Origin: Schmidtea polychroa
Lineage: Eukaryota
Length of the DNA stretch: 64,000 bases
NCBI GenBank assembly: GCA_044892525.1
Contig: CM097887.1
Coordinates: forward strand, 40,052,001 to 40,116,000
Reading direction: 5' to 3'
Position 1 is the first letter of the stretch. Every line of letters begins with the position of its first letter. The notes beneath the pieces were generated by a model, which saw only the letters and a program-made list of their open reading frames with translations, searched no databases and was not told the origin of the DNA. Below are positions 11,425 through 25,800 of the stretch, piece by piece. A program made the translations under genes and the position numbers.

Positions 11425-12250
11425 CAGTAATAAAGGATCGTGTAACATTTTTACTATGCAGTAATGCTTCCGGAGATTGAATGCCTAAATCTCTGCTCGT
11501 AAACGAAAACCTCAGGCCAAGAGCACTATAAGGCAAGGATTTATTGAAATTACCTGTTCATTAATTTGCAAATAAAAAAGTGTGGGTAACTGCAGTTGTA
11601 TTCAAAAATTGGTTCGAGAAATGTTTGAAAAGGTATCTGAATGAAAAAAAACTAATCTATAAGGTATTATTAATTATTGATAATAGGCCTGGTCATCCAG
11701 TACTAAACCATCCCAACGTAAAGGTAATTTTTCTCCCACCTATTACCACATCAATCATACAACCATTGGACCAAGGAATTATATCGACATTCAAGTTATA
11801 CTACTTGAAAAAAACCTTTCAGTGCATTCTGGAAAAAATGGAGAATGACGATAAATTGGAATATAGCAATGCTTGGAAACAATTTTATATTATGGACTGT
11901 ATCACATACGCGACTTCAGCAATCCCACAGTTGAGAAGATCTACGTTAAACGCATGTTGGAAGCCATTATAGTCCGCTTGTGTTGTAACTGTAACAACAG
12001 ATAATATGAACAACTGCGTTCTGTGGGTGGGGAAGGGTTCGAAGATATGACGCGTAAAGATTTAGACAAGATCCTTCTCGACCAGATGCTATTTTCTCGC
12101 AAATGATCCGAATAGCGAGCGAGCACGAAAATTTCAACATGAACTAAGACTCTGTATGAAGAGCTACAAGGAACTGCATAAGGAATTATTGGGACTGGAA
12201 AGGAAATCAAATCAAAGATGCATTACAGAGTTTCTTGTGAAGTCAATAGA
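11425..12250 (+). pseudogene. Decayed Tigger/TIGD1-like transposase
   Basis: KDRVTFLLCSNASGD, NKKVWVT, LLIIDNRPGHP, FLPPITTSIIQPLDQGIISTFK, NACWKPL; several stops; no TIRs found. Confidence 0.85.
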
Positions 12251-12527
12251 CCAACATAGAAATTCTATGCATTTTCGAAATAACGCCAGTACGAATAAAC
12301 CTCAGAGATTTTACCTTCGACAGCAATTCGACAGATTTTTAAGTGGTCTCAAAAAATTTTCGGCCAATGTTTAACGGCCGATTCGCTTATAATTATGTCT
12401 AAAACGTGTCTTATACATACTATTTATCGTATACAATTCTATTATTTATGCATTATATACTTCTACTATATGATATAACTATAACTATCTGTCCTTCTAT
12501 AACTTATCAGACAGATACTTACGTGAA

Positions 12528-12812
12528 AGATTCTCCTAATCAGCATTATAACTGGGTACCAACGAAATTAACCTGACTGTGGGAATCCAAAGACTTCCAA
12601 ACCGAAATTCAAATGTATCCTAAAGGCCATGGCTTGCCATGATTAATTCTATGGACTGCGAAATACGAAATACGAAAACTGTTGAAGTGAAAGAGATGAC
12701 TTATCCCAAATATATGAATGAATCCTACAGGCAATGATTATTGACTGCCCAACGGATGCCGAAGAAGAAATAAAGAAATAAAGAATTTTAAGGGTTAGAA
12801 TCTCTCCCCTTC
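12528..12812 (-). mobile_element. Orphan PPT (GAAGGGGAG, 12812-12804) plus 276-bp 3' LTR (12803-12528)
   Basis: Same PPT as the two pol-bearing Gypsy copies; bounded by the perfect 7-bp IR AGATTCT...AGAATCT. Confidence 0.65.
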
Positions 12813-13299
12813 AGCCTTAACAAGGCAGTTTTGTATATTAAAATAAAATTTGATTTTTTTTTGAGAAAACACTGCCGATCCTACGCTAAAGCATTGTATA
12901 AATCAGCAAAATCATTAATTTTTTCATTTTTGATCTGTTTTCTTAAAACATTAAATTTATTTTAAATGCGACTAAATAAAAAATTCTGAAGTAAAAATAT
13001 TTGATTTATAGTCATGTTGAAAATAAATGAAACACATTGACTAAAAATCGGAAGAAAAAATAAAAAATTAATATACAAATACAAAGCGTTATAATATTTA
13101 TTCAAAATCCCAATAATAAACATCCATTCTTCATCAACATGACAAAGAATAAATTTCATTAAATGAAATAAAAAGCCGGTGAACATTATGTCTCTCGTTT
13201 AATTATAAGAACACATCTAATTAAGTTATGCTTTAACATCAAATATTTTAAATTTCGGTTTTATAAAAGAAAAAAAGAGATAAAAGCGTTATGCGATTA

Positions 13300-16200
13300 T
13301 TATAATTCATTAACATAGTCCCTAGGAATCAAACCGACATTCCCATTTAATTCTCCTTCCCACCATATATCGTTTATTTTTCTTTTAATTGTAATCACAT
13401 CTCCTAAATAAAAAGTCCACATATATTCCAATAAAGTGCGATAGATAATAAAAAAATCACAATTTCCCACAAATTCAACTTAAATACTAATAAATAGGCT
13501 GACCAGGTACATTTTCAAGAAAATAAGGAACATTGTAAATTTTTTCATTAAAGCCGATTTAACCTGAACTTTAACGAATTTTTATAGAATTGTATGCAAA
13601 ATTTTGCTTATTTTAGTATTAAAAAAAAGTTTAATTTATAAATAGGGTGAACAGTAAAATTTGTAGAAAAAAATCTTTAATTGTATTAATTTTTATTTTT
13701 GGTACTTTTCTTCACTGATAACATTATTTAAAAATTTAGAGTTTTCTTTAAGTTAAAGAAAACTCTAAATTTTTAAATAATGTTATCAGTGAAGAAAAGT
13801 ACCAAATTTTTTTGGTAACTGAAATTGAAAAAAGTTACTACACTAACTACATTTTTTTAAAAACTGTGCTTTTCAGTGTTATATTGTAGTTCCTTCACGA
13901 ATAAGACTAAACTTTTACTTTTTGGACATAAAATAACAATTACTAATGTTAAAAGACTATTTTTAATGCTGAAAATAGAATTTTTAATTTTTATGAAAAT
14001 TTTTAATGAAGCTTTTATTTTCAAAATTGACTATAAAAAATTTAAAATTATTAACAACACATTAAAAGGCATATTTCAGTATAAAATATTTCAAATTGTG
14101 TAAGGAAATTCGAAAAATTGAAATAAAATTACTTTAAGTTAATAATTTTGTTGTAGTAACCTTTTACAATCTCAGTTACCAAAAAATTTAATTAGCTAAA
14201 ATTTGAATGAAAAACTTAGTAGGTATTTTTGATTTGCAACCCCCTCGGAAAATTGGCTTAAAGTGGAAGAAAAACTATAAAAATTCTAACATTTTTCCAA
14301 AAACTGGACAAATTTTTCCAAAAACTGGACACGGGACATTTGATGAAAATACAGGATTGTCCCTACTAATAAAAGACTTCATATATTCAATATTTTTACA
14401 AATATCAGGACAATTCTTAGCTATTTTATTGCACCGTCCGGTTTATAATAAGTTTTTGTGACAGATCATAAAATTAACCCAATTAACATACACTGACATA
14501 TTCATTTTTAGGACAATGTCCAAAAGACCAGAAAATATATTTTTAATTTAATATCGTTTGAATTTCATTTTTCGGTTCATATATGACAAAAACATATGTT
14601 TTGATTTTCTATTAAAAAAAATTTCCGAGTTATGTTTATTTTGGTGTTAACAACCTCAAGTGCCATTGCACCAAAAAGTGGTGCTAATATTTAAATTCTA
14701 AAAATAAGTAAAAAATATATTTTTATTTTCAGAATTTTTTCTCGTGATTAATTTTTTAAATGTTTTTTCTTTCAATTGTAGAATCATTTTTAAACAATTA
14801 ATTACACTTATTGATTTTTAAAAATTTCTAAAATGAAAAATATTATTTTGAACCCTTCAAAAATTGAGTCAGGTATACAAAAATTATATGTAACAAGTTC
14901 TAGTGGTTCTTTCAATGTTAGTGGTGATGACAAGGAGGATGAAGCAATAACACAAATAGCATTGGAAGAAGAGGAAACAGAAAAAGATGGAGATGAAAAT
15001 GCTAACATAACTTTGCTTTTTTAGATTAATGGGAGATTCAAAAGGATTTACCACCACCAATGACGCCAGTACAAACTTTGAGCCAGTTTATATATGATGA
15101 AGTCATCAAGCTACTCGTAGACCAAACAAAATTATATACCGAGCAGCAAAATCATCTTCGTCATCAAATTAGAATTATTAATTGGTCTCCAAATACAAAA
15201 GAAGAAATGAAAACAGATGAAAACTTTTATTGAAGTTGTATTATGAATGGGTTAAATGGGTTAAAAAAAAAGAGAAATATTGGAGCACGGTTTCATTGTT
15301 TGAAAATGCAATTTCAGATGCCAGCGATCCGATATGCTTCGTTTTGCAAACAATGAAGAAATCTGTGATATAGGTCACCATATGTTAAATGTCACCATTT
15401 CGACAGTAAATTTCCATCAAATACAGAATCAAATTATTTAAAATGAGCTCAGTAGATGGATATACGTACCACATTTTTATGTATTCTAGAAAGTCTGAGA
15501 ATGGCAAATGTGTAGTTGATCTCGTCATGGAAAAGTGTAAAACATTGATGAATAACTTACTTGATAAGAATAGGAAGTTATATGTGAATTAGCACATTCC
15601 TTTTTGAAGAGAAAACTTAATATAGTGGAGACAGTTGCCAAGAAGAACACGCCTGGGTGTATAATGGAAACCAAATAAAAAGAGGACAAATGATTTCCCA
15701 AGATGAAAAATGATATTACAATTCTAAAATGAAAGAATATGAGAGACGTAAAAATTCTTTCAATTAAAAATTTACCAATCATGGCAGAGGTACAATCTAA
15801 AAATATAAAAAGAATGATAGAAGATGATGATAATGAAATAGAAGACGGACTCGAGAGCCAATTAAAAGCATATGCACTATTGCTTATAACAAAGGTAAGA
15901 TAGGAATAGACCTTTCTGATCAGATGAATCAATATGCAACTAACCCCAGAAAGATACAGGTAGTTAGAATTGGGGTTAATTCTGGGAATGTCTGTAGTAA
16001 TCGCATATTTGATTTATCAGAAGGCAAATAAAAAATTGAAATGAGATTTCAAAATTATGATTACAAAACCAATTACCAAATGTGAAGATACTAGAAATTA
16101 TGCTACTCCTAAAAGTAAGCAAAATCACGCTTTGAAGACCCGTTAAATGGAGAAAGGCGAAGAAATGACTCGTTAGTAGAAATTTCACTATCTGAAAGAG

Positions 16201-18022
16201 GATCTGAAACCAAAGACATTTCTAGTTTTCCAAATGTCTTTGTCCTAAGGACAATGTTTACTTTCTACCGACGAACAAAATAATGTTCTTTGCATTGTAA
16301 AAGGGTTTGGATTTTTTATACCATTTTATAATTACTTTAGTAAAACAATAATTTCGTTTAAAAAATGAGAATAAATATTAGGTTTTAATAATAACAATAA
16401 TATATTATTTGCATTATTTCAGTGATTCCCAAACTTTAACATTTTCCCCTTCGAAATTATTTATTCGAAACCAAAATTTGCTGTTATTTACCTGTTACAT
16501 GGCTCCTATTCAAATTCTTATATTTATTTCATGTTATTGTAGGTGATTGCCCCGTTAAAAGTTACTTATTATAAATTAATTTGATATTTTGGGCTATTTA
16601 ATTATTTGAGCATTGCAGTGGTTAATATAAATTTCTAGATAATATTTTATAAATCATTGGTTGAAATATCGGCATTTATGAAAGTCTCTAACCTTCTTGA
16701 AATGACAATTCTTCTTGATCTCGGGCTTCAAAATCATGCAAAGCTTTACATTTTTCTCTGTTATCATTAACAATAGGTGGATTGGGTAATGGTGGGAGTG
16801 GCCGTTTAAATGATTGTTTATTACTACTGACACTAATTTGAGATTGTGGTCTAGTTTGAAATGAAACCGGTCTTTTAACAACTGGCGTTTCTTCTTCAGA
16901 ATCTGTGTCAAAATCATCAAAATCATCAATTGTGTTTTTTCCAGATGAAAAAACTTCGCTATTGCTAGAATTTGATCTGATCATTAAACCAGGTTCACAA
17001 GGTGAAAGTGTAGAGCCTGGCTTGCTTTCCAGTATTGATGTCAACATTGAATTACGATCAACAATGTTAATGATTTTCATTCCTAATGATATTAAAGGGT
17101 CAGGTGGAGCTGGTTTCGATTTCCAACTATGAAGAGCCAATAGTAATTTATAGATATTTGCACTGAGGAGATTCACGAGAGCTTGGGTCTTTAAAAATAT
17201 AATAAATATTATAATACTGGTACAAAAAATAATGATAAACACCGAAAAATACAAAAAACATAAAAAACCAATTTTGCATCGAAATCAAGTACATATATAA
17301 TAAAATTAACCACGTGTATCAAGTCCTTAATATGTATGCGATTTCTTATATTTATTTAATAAAGTTAAAGTACATCTACAACCAGTTTATGATACTTCGA
17401 CAATCGTCTGACTTTTGAATACTGGCAATATGAAAAGAATAATTGGGATCTTGAAATATGCTATATACAGAGTCAAATTACTTCCATGAATATATATATT
17501 TTCTTATCACCAGACGTGCTTAAGAATCCATGTTACTAATAGACAATTATCATCTGCGTCTAAGGGAAATAAATTGACGACAACTCGACCTGTTATAGGA
17601 TTAGACACAGGTATTTTTCATCAGTATTATTCATTACCAGTTAATATTTTTGTCTCTGGAGGCAAAAGAACTATCACATTCTACATGACTATCAATTAAT
17701 ATTTTTAAAGCCTTAGAAAGACTTAAACTATTTTCAGCCATATAAATTCAGAGAAAAAATATATATATTTCTAAAACTAAATAATAATTTTTACATAAGT
17801 GACCATTGTACTTAAACGAGTATGGGAAGAACTAATGGGTTTATTATTTAATATATTTAATATATTTAATACATTATTTAATATATCAAAATGTATTATA
17901 TTTCAAGTGAAAAAAATAAAAACGATGTTTCTGATCTAATTATACTAAAAAAATACTGTGAAAAATAAAACCACAGACAATAACATTAGACAATTGATCA
18001 TAACAAAAGTAGCATTTAACCA

Positions 18023-18103
<81 letters not shown>

Positions 18104-21100
18104 TCAACTGAATATGCATAAAATAAATATAGATCAAGTAGAATATCTTATTATTAAAAACATCCAATTTATGATAAATTTCAAAAAAGAATGTTTTATT
18201 AAAATCGTTTTGTATGCTAAAAAATTAACCAGAAAATAAATACAAATGTTAACAAAAAATCCAAAATATTTACCAATAATATGAAATAAATTTGTTTATT
18301 CGAATAAAAACAATAATTGAAACAATTTTCATAATTGTCATCATTCAATATACTGTTAAACTGCCAAGTCGAATTTCGGCAAACCCCCTTTTTAACATTA
18401 ACTAGGCTCATCCAAATTTTCAAAATTGGAATCGGGATAGCGTTACCAAACGTAGCGATTAATCGGGACAATTATAAAAATGCTTTTTTATGACTGAAAT
18501 AAAACTATGACCTATATTGAAATTAACTTTGTCAAACAATTTACGTTGCACAGTTCATATAGACATAAGATATTGTAATATTTCAGACATAAAAAGCAAT
18601 TTTTTAAACTGCCCCGATTAATCAGGACGCCTGGTAAAGCTAAATGTAAACAATTTTTTTATTTTTTATTTATACTTCAGTCTTTGTTCTTCCTTTCTTT
18701 ATAAATGGATATTCTGCAGTATACCTTTCCATATACTTACAAGTCTAACAACATTTATTTCAAATAATTAAAATAGATATGTGAACTCCAGTACAACATG
18801 AATATATATCATGAATATATACAAATTTTTATTTTTTTTGGTCGAATAAGAGTCTTTTTTTCAGATACCCCAATCCTATTTATATGTTTTTTTGTTTAAA
18901 TTGTTGATTACATAATTTCTGTTTGTTTTAATCGATTACGTCATATATTTATTTTATAAGAACTTTTGATACTTATATTCTTGAAATTAAATTCCCGTTG
19001 ATTATATCATCACCATTTTGAAATTTATTTTTAGTACGGTATTTTTGAATTTTCATAATTTCAATTTTGATCCGATTTTTAGCATTAAAATAATAAAAGA
19101 ACTTTAACAAATATTGATGATAAGGGCGGTTGGGTGGAGATAGCCATGAGTATGTAGTGGTATGGTTATGTTTCATGAAAAAGAAGAAATTATGTTGCTC
19201 CAAATATTTATGAACCGGATGAAGAACTTTTATATCATTCATATTTCCCGTAGAACGATGATGGATGTTCCATATTTTCTTGTTGATAATTCAAATCAAT
19301 CTAATGAAGATTATTACATAAAAACTTTTGTTTTGTTGTGTTGTAAATTTACAACTGTAAATTTTCAGTACGTATAACAAGAAACTATTTTGTGTTAAAA
19401 ATTTTATTTGTTATCATTGTTACTTGTTACATTGTTACACTGTTTTATTAAACCTTAAAAAATATTATTTTTGTTTGTCAATTTATAATTATTATGAAAT
19501 TCAGAAAAAGAAAGTACATCATTATATTATACTATATTTATAACCAATGAGAATTAAGAAAAAAAGAAATAAAAGAAAAATAGAAATGTATTTTCCGGAA
19601 GGAGATTGACAAGGACTATCTTATAGTCGAACATTTTTTCATTAAATAAATTATTCGCAGCAAAGGGCTTAAATTATCACTTTATTGTTTTTTTTATTAT
19701 TATTGGTGCAAAATTTTTTATTGCAAGAGTTGAATCAGCAATATTGTATACTTACCTGGCGCGATGAGAAATCTTCGCGTTTCCAACATAGTACTGATGA
19801 GAGCCAAAAGCTCGAAACTAGTCTACTATTGGGATTTGCACTGGGTATCACAAAGCTTGTGCTGTTTATTTTATTAAAATTAATAATTTCAATAACCTAA
19901 AATCTTCGTTTATGTAACTTAGATATATTTAATGTGTATCAAAAATCAATATTATATCATAAATATAACATAAAATGCTTAAATTAGAATCAAACTTTTA
20001 ATATAACTGAAACAATATTAAGATTGCAATATATGTAAAAATTTTTAACTCTAAGGTGATGTTACTTTTCAAAAATAAATATATTATAGTAAATGCGCGT
20101 TTTGAATATTTTTTAATATAGTCTGCTATATTAAGTAAGTTGCTTGACTATAACTAATGAATTTCATTTTTTAAAGATGAAGGGTGAGTTAAATAACGAG
20201 TGATGTTTTAAAGCCAATAAAGTCATTTGACGCAAATTAAATAATAATAATAATAAATTTCATTAAACTGGATCGTGATGTTATTTTAAAACTTATTGAT
20301 TATATGCACTATAATTTCTTTTCAGAATACTAACTTATTTAAATGTGATATGCATTATTTAATAGATAACATTAAAATAATAGTAATATATCGTTACTTT
20401 TTATTATTATTGTAAATTATAAAACAAAATCAAATAAAAATTCGATGGAAATTAAAAATAGAAAAGAAATTTCGAGAAATAATAACCTTAAAAATAAAAA
20501 TGACAAAAATCTGTGAAAAAAGAAATTGAATTCAAAAATCATCAACTGGATCCAGACAAAAAGATCCTGGAGCTTTAGAAATCGAATTTGAGGATCACCA
20601 ACCATATTGATACAAACCGAATCGAGAGATCATAGAACTACAGGAATCGAATTAGCAATTTATAAAAATCAAAATATTCGAGGGAAGAAAATTAGCGAAG
20701 ACAAAGAGACAATTCCATTTATGAGCCGAGGTATAAGGACTTTTGTTTTTTTATCTTGAATAAAAGTTGTAAAATATATGTTCTATGTTTGATATTGTAT
20801 AGTAATTCAAAATATACACGCACCCCAACAATCCCAAAACAATTTTAACGGTGACTCTGTTGGGCTCTACAATTCTCTATAAAATACAAATCCCCATCCA
20901 TATATAGTAGGAATAGACTTCAATATAATAATATTTACTTTGCTCAATTCTCTTATAGTCTTTTTTCTTGTAGCATCATCTGAAAATTTCGATGTGTCTT
21001 CATACACATTGAGCATCTTAATCGCACCTAAAATCAATGTTACACTAAATTTATATATATAAATATGCAAATAGCAAATTAAAAGATAAACAGGAATCCC

Positions 21101-22800
21101 ATAATTTCAAAGAACGGTACTTTCCGGTTATTTCGACCTCATCAAAAAATGAACAGTTTCAATTATAAAAATCTTTTTAAACCAATTAAGACAATAAACA
21201 GCAGATTAATCATAGTATCAGAGTTTATCGGACAAAGTATTTTGACCCCCTAACAGTACAGGGAACAAGGGGACTGATCGTACTCAACACACATACACAC
21301 AATCACTTTTTGGTGCAATATTAATAAAAAATTGGTTCAAATTCAATTAATTTGATGCGTCATTTAATGGCAGCCATATTTTTTGGTATTTCAAAATGTA
21401 TATTATAAATGATTTTAATTTTATTTAGAGAAGCTTAATGGCGTATTTTTCATTTTCAAAAATGTGCTGGTGTGTGCTGGTATGACCAGTCCCCATGTGA
21501 CCTGTACACCTAGGGGTCAAAATACTTTGTCGGATATACTCAGACTATATGATTATTCTCTTGATTATTGCTTAAATTAGATTAAAAATTTTTTATAATT
21601 GAAGCTGTTCATTTTTTGATGACGTCGAGATAACCAGAAAGTACCCAAAAACATCCAGTTGCTCCAGAAGATGTAATTTTAAACATACAAAAACTAATTA
21701 ATTAAAATTTTGTTAAATTGACAATATTGATGCACAATAATGCACAATAGTGTAAAAAAATTATATTTATTTATTTGGTGATAATACCTAAAATGGGGAA
21801 AGATTGCGGATTTAGCTAGTAGAATCAAAATTCAAAATTCAGAAGACAGCATATAAAATCAGTTATATTTAGTAAATTTTGTCAGTTATCGTCTACAGAG
21901 ATATACGTATCATTGAGTGACAGTTGAAATTGTCGAATTTGAGAAAATTTGTCCACTATCTAAACTTTCTAAAACGGTCATATAAACTTTCTATTTTAAA
22001 GTTTAATCTGATTATATGAGATAGCTTATACTGCCTAGACATATCTGAGAGGGAATTTATTTAATTGAAGTTTATATTGACGTTAAATTTGCTCAAATCT
22101 TGTAAATTGGTCCATAAAAATAAAATTTGTTACTTGATGGGTATTGGATGACTTAGTAGAATTCATAATGGCAGTTGGTCGAAGAGAGTAAGGAAAACAA
22201 AATAATTTTTACCAAGATATAAACATAGTTTTAGTTAATACATATTTTCGTTATATATACTTTGATCTTTGTAGATTATATGTAAATATGTATGCTGGAT
22301 TACTCACAAAATAAAAATTATAAAAAATTTTATAACATTTTTTACTCTGTCCGAATTTCTATAATTTGAGCTGTTTGTAGGAATTTCTATTTGTCATTAA
22401 TATTCAATTTTTAACTTATCAATAATTGTAGTTTATCCTCTTAATTATTATTGCTCAAAACAATATTGACTTTTTTCAACATCTTTCATTTTGAATCATT
22501 AATTTCGTATTAGATAAGATAAAAATAAAATACAATGCAACTAAAAAACAGCACATAAATCACATTTATTTCTCAACTTGTTAATAATAATAATATTACA
22601 ACAGCGGACAATTGTCGATCAATTAAAGTTATTTTGTTTAAAAAATACATTAAAACATATGACAATTCAGAATAATTGAATTTGCAATAATATTGTTAAA
22701 TTTTTAAATTATTACTAAAATTTTACTGTCATTATGGTTTATTGGTTAATTTATTTTGTTAGTAGGTAGATATCCAGACACTGCAGCATGACCATCCAAC

Positions 22801-22883
<83 letters not shown>

Positions 22884-25800
22884 TCAAGTTACTATCAACC
22901 AAGTACCAAGAACCAGAACCAACAACTAGATACTAACAACCCGTTACAAATAACCCGGTATTATTAACCAGATATCCTCCTCATACTTTAAGCAAACATT
23001 TCTATTCACTAACTACCCTGCTTTATACATCGAATCCAGTACACAATAACAAATTAACCAACCAAAAATGTTATTTCCTCAGTGTAAATTATCAAATGTT
23101 TTATTTAAGTAAATAAATTTTTGTGTTTGTGTTAGAATAGAAATGTATATTTTTAATTAAATTGCAATCAGTAGTTAGGAAAAGTAGATTAAATAAAATT
23201 GATAGTCTAAATCTAACAAAAAAAATGATGACTTTTAAGTATTCCGTCAAAGAAATTTAACAAAAATGGTAAGTATTAAATTAAAACATTAAATGAGACA
23301 ATAGATGTCAACTCGGCTACTTTAAAATAATACAACACCAAACGGAATGAAATATTGAAAAGTTAATTAAAATAACAAAATGAAAATTACAATAAAATAC
23401 ATAAAATTCAGGTATAGAGAGCAATAATTTCTAATTTTTATTCAAAAAAGGTCTGCTTAACTTTCTTCTTTGAATTGATTATTAACATCTAATTACTAGC
23501 TACAAAGTACTTACAAATAAACACCAATAACCAGTTACTAACAACCAAGTACCAACAACCAACAGATACCAACAACTAGTTACTAGCCACTAAGACAGTG
23601 ATTCCCAAATAGGATTTCGCGAGATTTCAAGCTCTGACGCTGGATATTATCAGAAATGTTAGGAATTTATTAAAAATAAAAGTATTAACAAAAAGTAAAG
23701 ACACTTTCGGTAAATTTAAACTTTTATATATAACGGATTTTGATATCAAGTTTTAATATTGGATTTTCGATATTAGAATTTTGGCTTCAAAAATATTTTA
23801 TCAATTTGTACAACAGTGTTTCAAAGTTTGATAAAAGTGCATAAATTCTAATTATTACCTTAAGAGTTCTTTCAACAAAGTATAATTTCTTTTCTTTTGT
23901 TTTTTATTTGAAATGACTTTATTGATAAATTTAGAAACTTAAAATGGACAAATGGCTGAAAATTGAAAAAATTTGCTATGAAAGTCAATGTCATGCCACT
24001 CATTAAAACTACTAAAACAAAATTATATTTTAAATTCTAATTTTTGACCTTTTTAAATGTTGGGGTTACGCCGACAAAAAAGTTTGGGAATCACTGCACT
24101 AAGAAATAGCACATAAAAATAATCTCAATTGAATCACATTAAGAAACACACAAAATCAATAATAAACTTTATTTTACCAACCAATACCAACAACCAGATA
24201 CCAACTTAAAACCAAGTACTTACAAAAAATACCTTAAAAAGGATACCAACTACCAAATATCAACAACCATATACTTACAACCAGGTACAAACAACTAGTT
24301 AATAACCCTTAAGAAATAACACATAAAAATAATATCAATTAAATCACATAAAGAAATAACACAAAATCAATATTATACTTTATTAATAAAAATTTTAAAT
24401 TTCTTGTAATTCATTCGATTCTTCATCAACAACTAAATTTTGCTAAATAACCAATAACAATAATAACTAACAATCAACCAACCACAAAGAGGTTGCATGT
24501 GACATTTCCGAATTCTATCTTTATTTCTAGTATGAAAAATTTCTAAACTGATACTTTTAGCCTACTAGATCCTCTTAAAGATTATAAACTACCCTTATTA
24601 CCTATCACATAAAATCTCTATATTCCTTCAAATGACCATATTTTACTCTTAACTTATACTCAACCGATTTAATTTCTAGAAATATAATTAAAACCCATAT
24701 GATAAATTAGAAATTTCGCCTATATCCTCACAATCAATAACCGCCTATAAAATCTAAAATAAAGATAAAATAATTAAATCTATCAATCTATATCAATCCC
24801 AATTATCTCTAAGGATCTCAAATATTAATAATCGTAGTTTAAACGTTAAAACTACTTCCCACTAAACGACCTTAATTAATACATTTAAACTGACATTCAT
24901 CACCAGTTTTATTTTAACATACAATTGTTGGGGTTCTTCTGAAGGAGCGCAAAAAATTTGATTTTGAAAAAAATCAAATATGCAAATAGATGAATAAACT
25001 TATAAAAATTCAAAATTAATTAAATTTGAAAAATTGATGTATTCTAAGGGACCAAGGTACCAGAGTGTATCAAATCTTTTGGATTTTTAATAGTGTTCTG
25101 AGTTGGATCTTATTTTGATAATTGAAAGAGAGCACGAGGAGTCAGCACCAACTTTAACAATAATATTCCAACACATTCAATGAACCAATAATTAATCACT
25201 GTTAAATACTGACTATTTCCTTTAAGCTGTTGTAATTTCCTTTAAAACATTGATATTTTATCAATAAAAAATATAGATATTCAACCAACTAAACCCCCCT
25301 TAAAAGATTATATATTCCAACCTTAATATGCAACCGATAAGATCTTTAAACATTAAAATCCAACGGATTAATCCATTAATTTCCCTACAGATTTCAGAAA
25401 TTCCAACAATTGAGATCATATATCAATATTTTCTACAAATCAAAAAAATATTTCACCCAATACCTAACTAGAGATTATATTTTCTCATTGATTGATCACA
25501 ATTTTTCACCGATTCACTCAATGATTTTCAAGTAATTATAGCAAACAACACTAATTAATAACAAATTTAAGTATATTCTATATTAATTTTCAAGTAAATT
25601 TAAAATATATTTTAATAATTACAATCAACATGTCCTTGATAAAATTAACTTGTTTCCTAGGTTAAGATTTTAAATATTTAAAAGTTCATCCATGCGTAAA
25701 CTGACTAAGGTGAAATTTAAAGTTTCATGGAAATATTCTTATAAAATATATAGTTATTTCAAAAATCATTTAGTCAATCAAAATTCAATATCATTACAAA

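Noticed and set aside
19749-19910. Full U1 snRNA gene
   Set aside because: No GAUCAC loop I, no AUUGCAC loop II, no Sm site; only the 5' 14 nt match.
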